In this document: one piece after another, positions 12,400 to 25,471 of the stretch | Layout of the letters: each line of letters begins with the position of its first letter | Position numbering within the stretch: the stretch's first letter is position 1 | Assembly (NCBI RefSeq): GCF_022539665.2 | Contig: NC_081332.1 | Location: 4,526,001 to 4,590,000 of the forward strand | Source: Daphnia carinata | Lineage: Eukaryota | Reading direction: 5' to 3' | Length of the DNA: 64,000 nt | The notes under the pieces: model-generated | The model's input: the letters and a program-made list of their open reading frames with translations, nothing else | Databases searched by the model: none | Told to the model about the DNA's origin: nothing | Program-made: the position numbers and the translations under genes

Positions 12400-12721
12400 C
12401 TTTTGTCCAATGTTGTTGGCCAGGAGGACTTCCTTGATCTTGGTCGTCATTCCCTGAGTGTCCAAGTCTTGCGTCAAAGCGGCTAACTCGTAGACGCTGT
12501 GGGCCGGCAGGGAGTAGGCCGCCAAGGTGGGAATGCCCGATCCGGATAAACCGTGGCCGGCTGATGGCGTTGAATTGTCGTCCATCGGACTGGGCGTCGT
12601 GCCGTTGCTAGTCGCATTGTTATTATGGCCGCCCAGCTGCGCGCCGGACAATGATTTGCCGACGGAAGTGGAGCCGGAATTCTTCTCGCTCTTGATCAGA
12701 ACTGGAGACGGATGCAATTGT

Positions 12722-12756
<35 letters not shown>

Positions 12757-13085
12757 GGCTATCTGAGACGCGAGGCTGCGCTGATTGAGGCTCGACTGGG
12801 CAGACATGAAATGGGCCAACGTAGCGCCATACGTCAAGCCAGTCGGGATGGGACTCGACCGCCCGGATAAGGACGAATTCAAATCCATTCCGGCTCCGTG
12901 TGTCAGCGATGCGAGCGCGCTGGCGGGACCTCTGAGGCCGTGAAGAGCCATGGCCGAATGGGCGAGGCTGTTGGGCGATAGATCCATACCACCAGCTGAA
13001 TTGACACCGACCGACATGGCCGGCGACGTGGCCGGCATCGACGTCGGTGTCATCATCTTTACCACCGAATTCTTCAAAGCCGATT
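12400..13085 (-). CDS. cut: Cut exon: linker and first half of CUT repeat 3
   Basis: 686 nt, phase 1-0, AAACAG/GTACAC. Ends SVYELAALTQDLDTQGMTTKIKEVLLANNIGQK. Confidence 0.93.
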
Positions 13086-13192
13086 CTGTTTTGAAAACGA
13101 AAACGAAAAGGCATTTAACATTCAGGACGTGCTCTAGCGGCAATGTCTGTGTGATTTTGTTTCGGATGGAAAGAAATTGGGAAAAAACTTAC

Positions 13193-13451
13193 GTGATGAT
13201 CCCGAATAGCCGCCCGTCCGCATCAGTTTCTCCGGCGCGATTTTGTACTGGGACGCCACCAACTTGTGCACGGCGTTCTCGTCCTCCAAGAAGATCTTCA
13301 TCCGGATGAACGGTTCACGCCCTTTCTGAGTCAGCATGTGCCACGGTTTAGGCCTGGCCAGCAGGTCCGACACGGATCCCTGAGAGAGGCCCAGCACCGA
13401 CTCGCCAAACAACCGCTGGCTAATAGAATACTGGCTCAGCTGTTCTTTCAC
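13193..13451 (-). CDS. cut: Cut exon: core of CUT repeat 2
   Basis: 259 nt, phase 0-1, TTTAG/GTAAGT. Encodes [82 protein letters not shown]. Confidence 0.97.
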
Positions 13452-13792
13452 CTAAACAATGGCAAATCAAAAATGCTAAAATTAGATTTCAAATCAATTG
13501 TGCTAATTCCAAACGGCATTTTGCAAGCCCCACAATATTGTTCTCCCTCCCTCCCTCCCCCCCCCACCTTCCCGTTTTACTATTGTGCCGATGCAATTCA
13601 TTCCCGTGCGCTGTCGCTTATTGAAATAGCTGAATTACGCAAAACGGGGGGGGGGGGGGGGGGGGGGCGGCGAAGAGAACGCGTTGTCCCGAAGTGAACG
13701 TGAACGACGGGAGAAAGGAAGAATAGCAGGTGCAAAATGCATCCAAAGGAGGGCACAGAGGGAGAAGAGGGGTGATTTAAGGTTCATTGAGA

Positions 13793-13829
<37 letters not shown>

Positions 13830-15028
13830 AACGGTTCTATTTCCTTCTTTAGACTTGCAATGAAAACAATTGATCCCAGACCGCCAGACATAAAGAATGG
13901 GAAGCGGGATGGCAAAAGTGGTGGTGGTGGTGGTGGAGGAGGGGGGGGGGGGAGTGGCACACCGGAGAAGAATAGAGAATGCAGTCTGTATATATATATA
14001 TATCGTGACTTGTGGCTCGCCTCTTTGTACAAAAACTCGAACACAGATGGGGGTTCAATGGGTGTGCGTTCACGGTGTACCAACAACAACAACAACAACA
14101 ACAACAAGTCACAAGGTTTCCTTGAATGCACGCCGGTAGGAGGTCGGTCGGTAGAATCGCAAGGGGAGATGGAGCGCGAGTTTGGATTTACTACTCTAAA
14201 ACTCCTTCCAGGTATTTTCAATTAGCTACGGCCAGAAAGAGACAATAGAGACTCGAACGTCGCCGCGCGTCTCTTGCATTCACTCCCGTCTACGCCCAAC
14301 GGGCGAAATGGCGCTACAAGGGGGTTGAGGGGGAGGTAGCGAAACAAAGCCAACACACTATTTGTTCAAAAATAAGAAGAAGGTAACCGTTGCAAGAAGC
14401 TATTGTGCGTGCATTTATAGAAGACGAGCATCCACTGTAAACGATCAAGCACCCCCCCCCCCTTCACCCCCAAAAATAGCAAAAGAGTACGGTAAACTCT
14501 TCGTCTGTAATGCTGCTTTGGCCATTGTGTGTGTGCGTAGCGTTACGCTCGCTCATACCGCTACATCACCCGCTACTCAAAGTTGATGTACGATACCTTC
14601 CCTCTCTTCCTAAACAATGCGCCAAAGCGTTCCGGGCGAATCAAGACGTCACAACAATTGGGAAAAGCGCGCGCGCGCTCGAAATCTTGGCATACTCCAA
14701 CAACACATCTATCTAAACCCCCCTCCCCCCCCCCTCGTTTTTAATGAGTTTATTGATTGGCAAACACACAGACACACGCACTTCGTATTCGGTTAACGCT
14801 TCAATGCCCAAAAGCTAAAGATTTCCCATTTTCGTTGCCCATTGTGTGTGTGTGTGTGTGTGTGTTACGTTTGTGTCAGTGTGTAAGTTGTTAAGCCATG
14901 TGGGGTGGTGGTAAATGAGAAACGAAGCGCCGGATGTAAACGAATGAGGAGAGAATAGGCAAAATAAAAAAGAAAAAAAAAAAAAAAAAAAAAAAAGGAA
15001 GTGCGATGCGGTAGATGGGTAATCTTAC

Positions 15029-15821
15029 CTTTTTGACGATGTCTTCCGTGTTGAGGTTCTGGTACGTGTCGAACTGTTGCTGGGTGATGGGAGGCAGGAT
15101 GGCTTTCATCGGCCGCTGCGTCACTTGCGGCAGAGTCGGGTTGGCCGGCTGCGACATTAGCGAATTGGTGATGGAGGCGATGCGCTGGAGCGGCGAAGCC
15201 ACGCCGCCATTGCCAGCCGCGACGCCCCCACCGGCAGCGCCACTTCCGGCGGCTCCTGTCGTCGCCGTATTGGACTCGTCCGGCGACAGGCTCGAAGACG
15301 GCCGAAGAATGTTGTGCAACGAGTGAGGCATGTAGAGGCTACCGATCGCATTGTCCGTCGATTTCGACGAACTGTGCAGCGCCAAACTGCTGTTGGCCGC
15401 CTCTCCGGCCACGCTCTTGCTGCGCTCGCCATTCTCGGCGGCCGGCGCGAGCAGCAGCGATTTGTGATTGGCCGACGAGCCGACGGCCGATCTCATTTTG
15501 CCCACGTCCCGCTCCGAGCTTTCCTCGTCGCTCCGCGCGCTTCCGGCGCCCGTGGCGCTCTTGGGCAGCGACAGGTCTTGAGGGAAACCGTTGCTGACGT
15601 GTGCGCCGCCGCTCATTGTTGTCGTCGATTGATGTTGGCTTCCGGCGCTGCCGACGGGCGTCGACGTCAAATGGCCGGCGGCTGTGGCCGTCGTCGTCGA
15701 TGTCGCGTTGGCGTTGGACGACGACGGCGGCTGCATCAACCGGTTGAGCTCCTGTTGATAGACATCGAGGGCCATGCGAATTTCTTCGGGCGTCCGCTCA
15801 AAGAGTGCGCTAGTGTACGAT
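15029..15821 (-). CDS. cut: Cut exon: linker and start of CUT repeat 2
   Basis: Phase 2-0, donor GTAAGA at 15028. Contains ERTPEEIRMALDVYQQEL, SPLQRIASITNSL and KAILPPITQQQFDTYQNLNTEDIVKK. An in-frame alternative acceptor would start the exon at 15809. Confidence 0.93.
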
Positions 15822-16052
15822 CTATGAATATAACGCGCAAAACACACGAGAACATGAAAAAAAAACCAAAAAAAAAAAAACCAGTTCGGTCAGTCAGCAC
15901 GTTTTGTTTTTTGTTGTTGTTGCGTTTCGAAAAACAAAAAAGAACAAAAAAAAAAAAAATAAAAAATAAAATCCCGATCGTTCGGGATCCATTCTGAGAC
16001 ACTTCTATTTTAAGTCGACGCCGAGCTGCGTGTACATAAGAATGCCCCCCCC

Positions 16053-16094
<42 letters not shown>

Positions 16095-16321
16095 GTGCGA
16101 AGGAATTTACTTGTTTTCTTCGTTTGCTAAAACCGCACGGGGTATGTACGAAACGCCCGTCGGCGGATGCACACGAACAAAACGATAAGCAAGAAAACAA
16201 AAACTCACGAAAATTGAAAGAGAGAGCGCTGAAGCGTGTTGCTTCTTGCGCCATTAAGAAAAACCAAAAACAAAATGACTCGAAAGCTCCCGTAGTAGCA
16301 AAGTTTCTTAGTTTTCTATTT

Positions 16322-16356
<35 letters not shown>

Positions 16357-16611
16357 CCACTATCACTTGGTTGAAATGGACGCCAAAGTGATGAACGATC
16401 GAGCGACACGAATGTCGGGCCATTGTAAATCAATCTAGTCACACTATCGCTATTTTTTGTTTTCTTTTCAATGTATAATCATTTCGTTTCTTCCTTTTTT
16501 CTTTTTTTTTTCCATTTGCTTGATGCAAATTGATTTTTATTTATTCTTTCCCACCCCCTACCCCCCCCCCCCCTTCGTTTCTTAGGCCGATTGTCGTAAA
16601 GCACACGTTAC

Positions 16612-17036
16612 CTATTGTAGTCGCGGAGATTGGACGCCATGGCTCTGGAACCGCCACCGGCTGCCAGGGCCGATAATCCGGATAGGTGGGCCGGATTGAA
16701 AGCGGCCGGATTGAAAGCGGGCGATCCGCCCGACATCATTTTCGCCAGCTCGTCGTGATAGATGCGCAGCACTTGCTCCTGTGAAATGTCGTCGTGGTCC
16801 GGCTTGCGTCCGCGACGTTGCTGCTGTTGCTGTTGCTGTTGTTGTTGTTGCAACAAGAGGTTAGCGCTGCTGCTGCTACTACTATTGTTGTTGTTGTTGT
16901 TGTTGTTGTTGTGGTGGTGGTGATGGCTAGACGAAGAAGTCGGCGTCGTAGTGGTCGTCGTGGCACTAGACGTTGATGTGGCATTGGCTCCAGCCGACGG
17001 GCAGATCGGTTCCACTTTGGGTCCGGGTGATGGAGT
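16612..17036 (-). CDS. cut: Cut exon: low-complexity linker with DDISQEQVLRIYHDELAKMM block
   Basis: 425 nt, phase 0-2, CGGTAG/GTAACG. Poly-T/H/N/S/Q tracts; the block resembles the insect Cut RIYQEELAKLM motif. Confidence 0.88.
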
Positions 17037-17668
17037 CTACCGGAAATCAAAGAGAAAAACAAAACAAAAATGCGTGTTAGGAACGTGATAACAAAAACAG
17101 ATATGGATAGACGTCATCGGCACAACACGCCATCGACTTAGCTATTTGAATAGCCATCTGGAAATATCCATAATATACGATCGAAAGCTTGAGAACAAGC
17201 TGCTCATTTTTTTTTTTGCCTCTCTTTCGAGCGAAGGGGGATGTGCTACTCGCCAGCGAAATATTTCATTTTTAATGCGAGGGAGGGCGCGGGCAAAAGA
17301 CTGGCGCAACGAGCGAAACGGTCCATTTAATGTCCCGACGTGCTCGTTTTCTTTCGCGGTGGCCGAAACGAGCCGAGCGCAAGAGCCTTCCCCGCCCACA
17401 CTCTCGGGCGTCGATCTAATACATAAGGATATTTTCTCTTCCTTCTCTTCCATTGCCTCGTCGTTAACTAAACAGATGTTCTCCAAGCGCTATAGGGGGC
17501 TACTAAATATATACTCAAGCCGGGCAATTTTCTACAAACAAAAAACTCGAAACACACAAATCGATTTTTGTTTTTGTTTTTGTTTTTCCGGTTCTCTCTA
17601 TTGGACATCCGATTTGTTTGTCAACTTCCCAATTTTTTTATGAGCCATGCCCGGTCTTTTCTCTTTAC

Positions 17669-17704
<36 letters not shown>

Positions 17705-17722
17705 CCTGTTATTTATTTTTAC

Positions 17723-17880
17723 CTGTGTTTGGCTGGGCGGTTTGCTCTCGTCGCTCCCAGAGTCGTCGACTTGTTGCGCCCGTAGTGCGGCGCTGGCCTC
17801 GTGCAGGATGTGGGCGATCCGTTCCTCGGTAACGGAGCTCTCCTCCGTCTTGGTCGCCACTGACGAGCCCGTTTCCTTTC
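17723..17880 (-). CDS. cut: Cut exon following CUT repeat 1
   Basis: 158 nt, phase 1-0, TATTCAG/GTAAAA. Encodes EERIAHILHEASAAL; compare Drosophila Cut EDRIAHILSEASSL. Confidence 0.9.
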
Positions 17881-19584
17881 CTGAATAAAAGAAAAATAAG
17901 AAAGAAAAATTTTTAAAAAAAATTGAAGGATACGAATGTCAGTTTTCTTTTTCAGCGATAATTACAGCGTTGTCTCATTCTAAATTACACGTCCGTCCGT
18001 TTCACAACTCAACGATGATCATAAAAAACAAAGAAACAAAAAAAACAAAAAAAAAAACTGAATGTACTATATATCTAAGAAAAAAACCATTGAAGCGTGA
18101 GATCAAGCGACCAGGCGTCAACGAGAGAGTTTGATCAATGAGTTGACTGGAGCGGCACACTAGTCAGTGAAGGGGATATGGCCGCTGTCTATTCTTTTTT
18201 TTTTTTTTCTTTCCTTTTTTCTTTATTATTATTATATCTGCCCCACATTACATAGATGTGAGATAAAGAGGAAAGAAGGCAAAAAAAGAAATAGATGGAT
18301 AAATCTCTGGTAGATGAAAGACACCATGAAAAAAAAAAAAAAAAAAAAAAAAAATGAGCGTACGAATGAGGAATGGAAACAGTTCCACAGAGCGTGACTG
18401 TGTACTGCAGGGCCACTTTCTTTTTTTTTTGCGGGTTCCTTTTTTTTAGTTCGCATTTTTTAAAATTTTCTCCTACCGACATTTCAAAGATGTTATAGTT
18501 TATACCCGATATTTAACTACTGGTCTTTTTTTTTTTTTTTAAAGGGTGTCTGTGTGTTTCGAAACGTTATTACGATAGTGAAATCTCTTCTCAGAGTTCT
18601 CTTAACATTAAAAAAAAAAAAAAAGTGGAAGAACGAACACATGTGGATATAAATAAGGTAAAAAGAAAAAAAGAAAAAAGAAGAAGAAGAAGGAGAGAGA
18701 TAGAGAGACAGCTGGAGAGATGATGGATGGTGAGATGTCAAACATCCATCTCTCTCTTTTTCCTCCTTCTGCGTTTGTCGTCTCGGGCTGCCGGCCTTGA
18801 AATAGAACTTTTTGGCTGCCGGGCAAGAGCGGGAATCGAAGTGGAAGAAGGATAAAAAATAAAAATCAAAAAATGAAATTGAAGAACTTGATTTGATATG
18901 AAGCGCGTAATGAGTAAGAGGTACAGCAAAGAAGGCGATGACTTCAAGAAAAAAAAAAAAATTGATCCGAAAAAAACCAAAACAAAAAGAAAAACAAGAT
19001 CTATGGCACTGGAAATGAACACAGCCGGCATATTCAAACATGGCGCCAGTCCCGCAGCGCTATAAAAAAAAAAAAAGAAGAAAACCCTCAAGGCCTCAAA
19101 TCATTTACGACGATGATGGCATTTGGCTTCCTGTTTTTTTTTTTTTTTTTTTTTGAACATGGTTTCCCTAATTTTTTTTTTTTTTTTTTTTCTTTTTCTT
19201 CTTCTTTTAAATCATTTCCAAAATGTCACCGGCCCAATCGAGATTTTCTAATTGGTTAGAGGTATTCAAACTATGCCCTCGTTGAGGACAATTGGCCACA
19301 TCATCCGGAAAATAAAACAAAATAAAAAAAAAAAGGAAGAAAATTCAAATAGTCTGGTAAATAATCAAAACAAACCGCTGGCAGAGCGGATCGTTTGTTT
19401 TGCCATCGTCCAAACGCCACCGCCAACTTTGACGAATGCCATCGGTTTGATCTTGCGGGAGTGCCCATTAGGAACTGCCGCCGCCGCTGCCGCCGCCGCC
19501 GCCCCGGATCATCATCATGTCACATGCCTTTCTCAACTCGCCCGTCTTCCTTCTTCCCCCTCCCAAACTCACCCACTCCCGTCT

Positions 19585-19653
<69 letters not shown>

Positions 19654-21394
19654 TCATATACACACACGATCGCAAAATCGTGTATAGAATGTTAAAGGGC
19701 TTTATAACGAGGTCGCCAAGCGATGAAATCATCGCTTCTTGTTTCCGATAATTCAAAAATGTGTTTCGCATTTAGTTTGTTTGAATTGAACGCCCTTCTT
19801 CTCTTTTTCCCCCGTTCGCCTTTTCAACACATTTCGAAGCCTTTCGATGACGTCACGATTTCAAGTTGAATATCAAATTTCATTGCAAAAATAAAATAAA
19901 ATGCATTTTTTTTTTCTGTTTCTTCATACGTCGCTCGTCGTGTCTCACGTCGTAAAATCTCACGCAAAGCGAAAAAAAAAAAAAAAAAAAAAAGGAAAAA
20001 AAATATATCGACCGCGGCGCTTAAAGTCCCCGAGGGATGATAAGTCGTTAATGAGAGCAGTGCCGTGCCGAGACCATTCATCACCTTCTTTTCGTCCTAG
20101 GGGTTACACTACGGGATACGAGCTACAGTAGCATAAAACGCTAGCAAACAAGCAACGGCAAAGAAGAAGTAAAAGAAGAAGTCGACAAAGATAAAAACAT
20201 ACACAGCAAGAGGTCCTGCTTAAAGGTCCTCAAGGAAGAATTATCCCTCAAAGGGGTGGGGGGGGGGGGCGGGGTTATCATTTGCTTTTTTTCCCGCAGG
20301 ATGAATAGCGTGTGAAAACATGACAGAACGCATCGTCGTCCACGTTTTTTTTTTTTTTTTGTGACCCTTCATCTAAATTGGGGCTAAATATTTTTTTTCT
20401 TAGTTTGTCATTGAAGGTCTTTCGTGTTTTTTTTTATTTTTAATGTCCCTACGTTTTTTTGTGGAATGACAAACCACATCACAAGAACACAGAAAGAGAA
20501 ATGAGTGTAGTAATAGAGGAGGAAAAAAAAAAAAAATGAAAATAACCGTCACCGACGTCGATGACAGAATGGAGGAGAGAGAGAGAGAGAGAGAGGGCGG
20601 AATAGCAAATAAAATAAAACCACACCCTGTTTCCGGTGAGATTCTAATCTCTTTCTTTTCTTTCCCCCACCCCTTTATTTTCCTTCTTTTAAGCTCAAAT
20701 TTTGAACAATTCCAGCTGTTTTTCCCTCTTTCTCCATTTATTTTTGTTGTTGTGTTCTCGCTCCTTACAACAAGCGAGTAATGATCATTAAAAAGAAAGA
20801 AAGAAAGAAAGAAAGAAAGAAAAAAAAAAAAAAAAAAGGAACTGAAATTCCAAAGCGGCCTCTTTCATTCGCAGCGCTCTCATTGCCGGCAGTGTTTTTT
20901 TTTTTTTTTTTATTTCTTTCCATTTTTTTCACCGTTTCTTTCTCTTTTAATCATTTATATAACAAATACCCTCCCCTCCTATAATTTCGTTTCCCTCTCC
21001 ATTCACATCATTCCAAAATAAACGAGAGCTAGCGGCATATTTGTCACACAAAAATTGTCTCCTTACGCTAAACGGGTCACCCCAAAAACCAAGAAAAAAA
21101 AACAAAAAACGGATCAATGAATAATCAAAAATGAATGGCGAAAAAAAAAAAAAATTGAATGGTTTGTTTCGTATCGAATAGCAAACGACTCGTAAAAAAC
21201 CGTTACTACGGTTAGAGAAAAAGGAAAAACGATTGCTAATGATAGTACCTCGATTAAGCGCAAATGTCGATGTGATTGCATTGCCTATTTCCTCCTATTT
21301 CTTTTTGCTTTTGTGATCGGCGCGTTTACGAACAATCGAACACACATCGAACGTCGCAAGGGATGACACAACATCAGAAAGGCTCACCGCAAAC

Positions 21395-21429
<35 letters not shown>

Positions 21430-23169
21430 ACACACAGAAAATCCAAACAGACGGGGAAATCGACACGACCGGCAGCTGTTTTTCCCACGCGTTTCTACGT
21501 CGAGTTGGGCCGAAAAAAACAAACAAAACAAACTTAGCGCTGCGGCTGGGAATTTTTGTTTTTTCCCTCCCGTCTTCGTGAGTCTCTCCCATAAGCGACC
21601 GTTCAATTGTTGAATCAATCTTAGATTACACACCGATAGAGAGACGGGGGTGGGGGGAAAAATAGAAAGGCGAAACGAAAGAGGAAATCAAAAATGGCGG
21701 AATTTTACGTCAAGACTTTGAAAAAAAAAAAAAAAAAAAAGAATTTTCCTTATTGTGCGTGGTGTCGCCATTATGCTTTTGTATTAGCCTTCGGATGGAT
21801 GGATGACAATCGACGGTGTTGCCAAATAAGTTAGTTACGTCATTTGAATTTTTTTTTTTTGTTGTTGTTGTTGTTGTTCTCGTTTTGCTATTGTCGTTAC
21901 CGATGACTTTCACTTTGACGTCTTTGGATAGCTGTCGCGTAATATCGATAGAATCAGCCAGTTACGGCCGACCGATTGCCAGGTATATCAAGCAACAGGC
22001 AAGAAGGTAAAAAAAAAAATGAAGAAAAACACGGACAAAAAAAAAAAAAACGGACTAATTATTGTATAGAATCGCCACAGCTGTCGAGACCTTGAGATCC
22101 ATTGAGCTTAACAGTTGACTGGTTAATAGCTAGTGACGCACTTGCAACAATTTTTTTGTCGTTTTTTTTTTTCTTTTTGTGACCATTGTGGCTGTTGCTG
22201 TGCTGTTGCTATCGTAAACGACTTGTCTTTAAAAAAACCCTCTCCCTTTCGACAATTACTAGCCCGACTGTTTGTTGTAGACTTCTCTTTGTCAAGTCAG
22301 GTCATGTTATATCGTCTCTTTTTTTAAAAAAAAAAAAGCTCTCCTTTTCCCCCCGCTTTCTGAAATGAAAACGACCACGAGTGAAAAAAACAAACGCAAA
22401 AGTGAGAGAAACAAAAAAACAAAAAAACAAAAAATGAGGAATAAATATCTCTCAGCTCAACGGGTAGTGGCTAAATTTAAATCCTCCCGCTGAGCTCGGG
22501 CGAGTTGCCACCAGGGCCAATATCCAATAGGACAACTACCGGCGACCCCCCGTCAACGCAAAAAAAAAAAAAAAAAAAAGAAGAAGAAGAAAAACATCTG
22601 ACGGGTTTTCTTTCTTTTTTTTTTTTTTTTTTTCACCGAAACAACATACACGACAAACTATCGAGAATGAGTCTATGAGACGCTCGGGAATGTGTTCCTC
22701 TTTTTTTTTTTTTTTTTTTTTTTTCGAGTGACAAGCGAAAATAATAATAAAAAAAAAAGTCTGGGGACTATTCGACCCAACAACAACAACAACAACCAGC
22801 GTGAAGAAAGAAAACGAATTTTGATGTTTCTTTTCTTTTTTTCTTTTTCAAAAATGGGAAAACCGATCCAAATATATCCCCGCCCGTTTCTGGAGAATCC
22901 AGGGTGCGGATTGTACCGATGAGCCTGACAACATTTTCCAGTTCTTTTTTTTTTTTTTGTTTTTTTTTTTGTTCTTTCCCTCCCGTCCCGTTTCTACGCG
23001 CGCGCTTGTGCCTGTGTGTGTGTGTTAAGTTGGTTATTTGACGTTGCGCATGTGACGGGATTGATTGGATGAACATGTCACTGCGATTGGCGGCAAATGA
23101 CTCTTTCAGCGGCCGCCAAGGAAAGAGATACGTCGTTCTTTCGAATTAAAACAAAACAAAAACAAGGTA

Positions 23170-23203
<34 letters not shown>

Positions 23204-24037
23204 AAAAAAGAAGGCCATCCCCGAGAGAGGAGAACAAGTAGGCAGCGGGAGCAGAAAAGAAAGAGGAAAAATAAATAAACAGATACGAAAAACTAGGACA
23301 AATAGAACCGACACTCCGAAAGCGCATAAAGATTTCAGAGTATTACGAGATCGAAACCCTCTCCAAGCGAAAAAAGAAAAGAGATGTGTTTCACATGTGT
23401 CCGTTAAGAGGCTTAGCAGATCGCCACGCAAATGACCAAACCCACTCGCACTGTCTCATTACGTATTTATAGATCAAGAGCGCAACTTGTACATTTTTCA
23501 AAAATGTCAAAAAAAAAAAAAATAAATAAATAAATCAATAATAATAATAAAAAAAAAAATGAAAATCTTTTTTCTCGATTACGGAATAGGGAAATGGCAA
23601 GTCGGCTTTGTTTCTTCTATTCATATTTAGAACCCCCGCTCCCCAATCCCTTTTTGCTTTGCGTGTACGACGTTAGTGGAAAAGAGCAAGGCACCAAACA
23701 AGAGAGAGAGAGAGAGACGGCCATACAACGGCGAGTTCAGCGAGGTTTCATTTCCATCTCAAACGAAACAGAGAAAGAGACAAAAAGGGTAGCGGACTAA
23801 CTTTTCTCGTTCTCCGTCGAGATTACAGACTAAAGGCAAAGGCAGAAAGAGGCGCACCGGATAAGATCCGAATAGATGGCGATAGAGGATTGAACTTTTT
23901 TTTTTTTTTTCTTATTTGTAATTATTGACACTGGCCCCTCTGCTAAAAGCATCTGACCGCGCCGTCTTATTCAAAGTATCTTTTCTTCTCCATCTCCTTA
24001 TAAAGAAGATGAAGTGAGCCGGATGCAAAAGAAAAAA

Positions 24038-24117
24038 GAAAGGAAAGGAAAGGAAAGGAAAGGAAAGGAAAGGAAAGGAAAGGAAAGGAAAAAAAAAAAA
24101 ATAAAATAAAATAAAAT
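24038..24117. repeat. (GAAAG)n pentanucleotide repeat followed by poly-A and (AAAAT)n
   Basis: About 10 GAAAG units read directly. Confidence 0.9.
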
Positions 24118-25306
24118 AGGGGAAAGACGCCGGCCTGAACGACGGGCCGTGGGGAGTTTGGCAATATGCAGATCAGGTCGCCATTGTTGGTTCTGTCATC
24201 CGATTCGGAGCGAGTTTTCTGAACGCATAATATCGTTTCTCTCTTCTTTACATTCCCCCCCCCCCCTTCTTCAATAAAAGGCCAAAAAAAAAAAAAAAAA
24301 AAAAGAAAAAAGTTTGTTCATTAAGATGGACCCTGATTGGAGAAAACGGAACCCACCGTTTCTCCCTCTCCGCTCACGCTGCTATTCGAGATCGGGATAA
24401 CGGAGGGTGGGGGGCAAAAGAAATGAACGAGTTTCATTTTGATGATACCCTCGACATTGGAACAAGGCGAACCAAAACTTTTTGCTGCTCTTCTTCTTCT
24501 TCTTCTTCTTTTTGATTCGACTCTTTTGGATATTTGCACGGGCTTATACAAGATGGACGGATGCCATTTGAAAGCAGAAAAAAAAAACAAAAAAAAAAAC
24601 CGGGGCCGGCTGATAGTCAAATGCAAAAGACTTTTGCTTAAACTCCCCGACATGTCGGGGCGACAGCAGAAAAAAAAAAAAAAAAAAAAAACGAATCCTT
24701 GATTAAACCAACCCTCCCCCTTCCTCCCCCCCCCCCCCGCGAACTACACACACAGTTACACACTTGGAAATAGAAGGGGTTTTCTTTCGTTTTGCATCCG
24801 TTTGATACGGACGCGAGAGAATCTCGGCTCCGTTTGGCACACACTGGCTTCTCTAATATTTAAAGGGGGATAAGAGTGGCCTACTTATTTCCATCTGTTT
24901 TTATCGGTGCTCATCATCATCGACGGGGCCTAAAAACTAGACGACGCCAGACGGGCCAATCAAGCCGCCCTTTTTTTTTTCCCTTTCGTCCCCACCCTTT
25001 TTTTTACAAGATAAACCTAACCATCGCTTCGGCATAGAAGAAGAATCGCATTGAAACGGAAGGAGATGGATCGAGATGCCATGGCTGGCGGCGGCCAACT
25101 TTTCACGACCCTTTTTCTTTTTTTTTTTTTTCTTCATAATTACCAAAGAAGAAAAAAAGGCAGCGCACATTGGGCTGATACAGTTAAGTAGCGAACAGTT
25201 GCTCGACAAAAGAATGGAGAAAGAGTAATCATCATTTGATTAGAACTCATTTCCTGGAGTGTTTAGGTCTCTTTCGCTTTTGTGTTGCCCTCGCACCCGC
25301 CGACTT

Positions 25307-25350
<44 letters not shown>

Positions 25351-25438
25351 CGTGGACCGCGAAACGACAATGTCTTCATCGTCAGTTTTAACAAGAAATA
25401 AAAATTTAAAAAAGAAGACGGTTTTTCTTTTCGACGCG

Positions 25439-25471
<33 letters not shown>

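Noticed and set aside
10529..17062. Long plus-strand and alternative-frame ORFs overlapping the cut exons (e.g. 11130-11885, 15314-15997)
   Set aside because: Shadows of GC-rich, stop-poor coding sequence; no recognisable domain.
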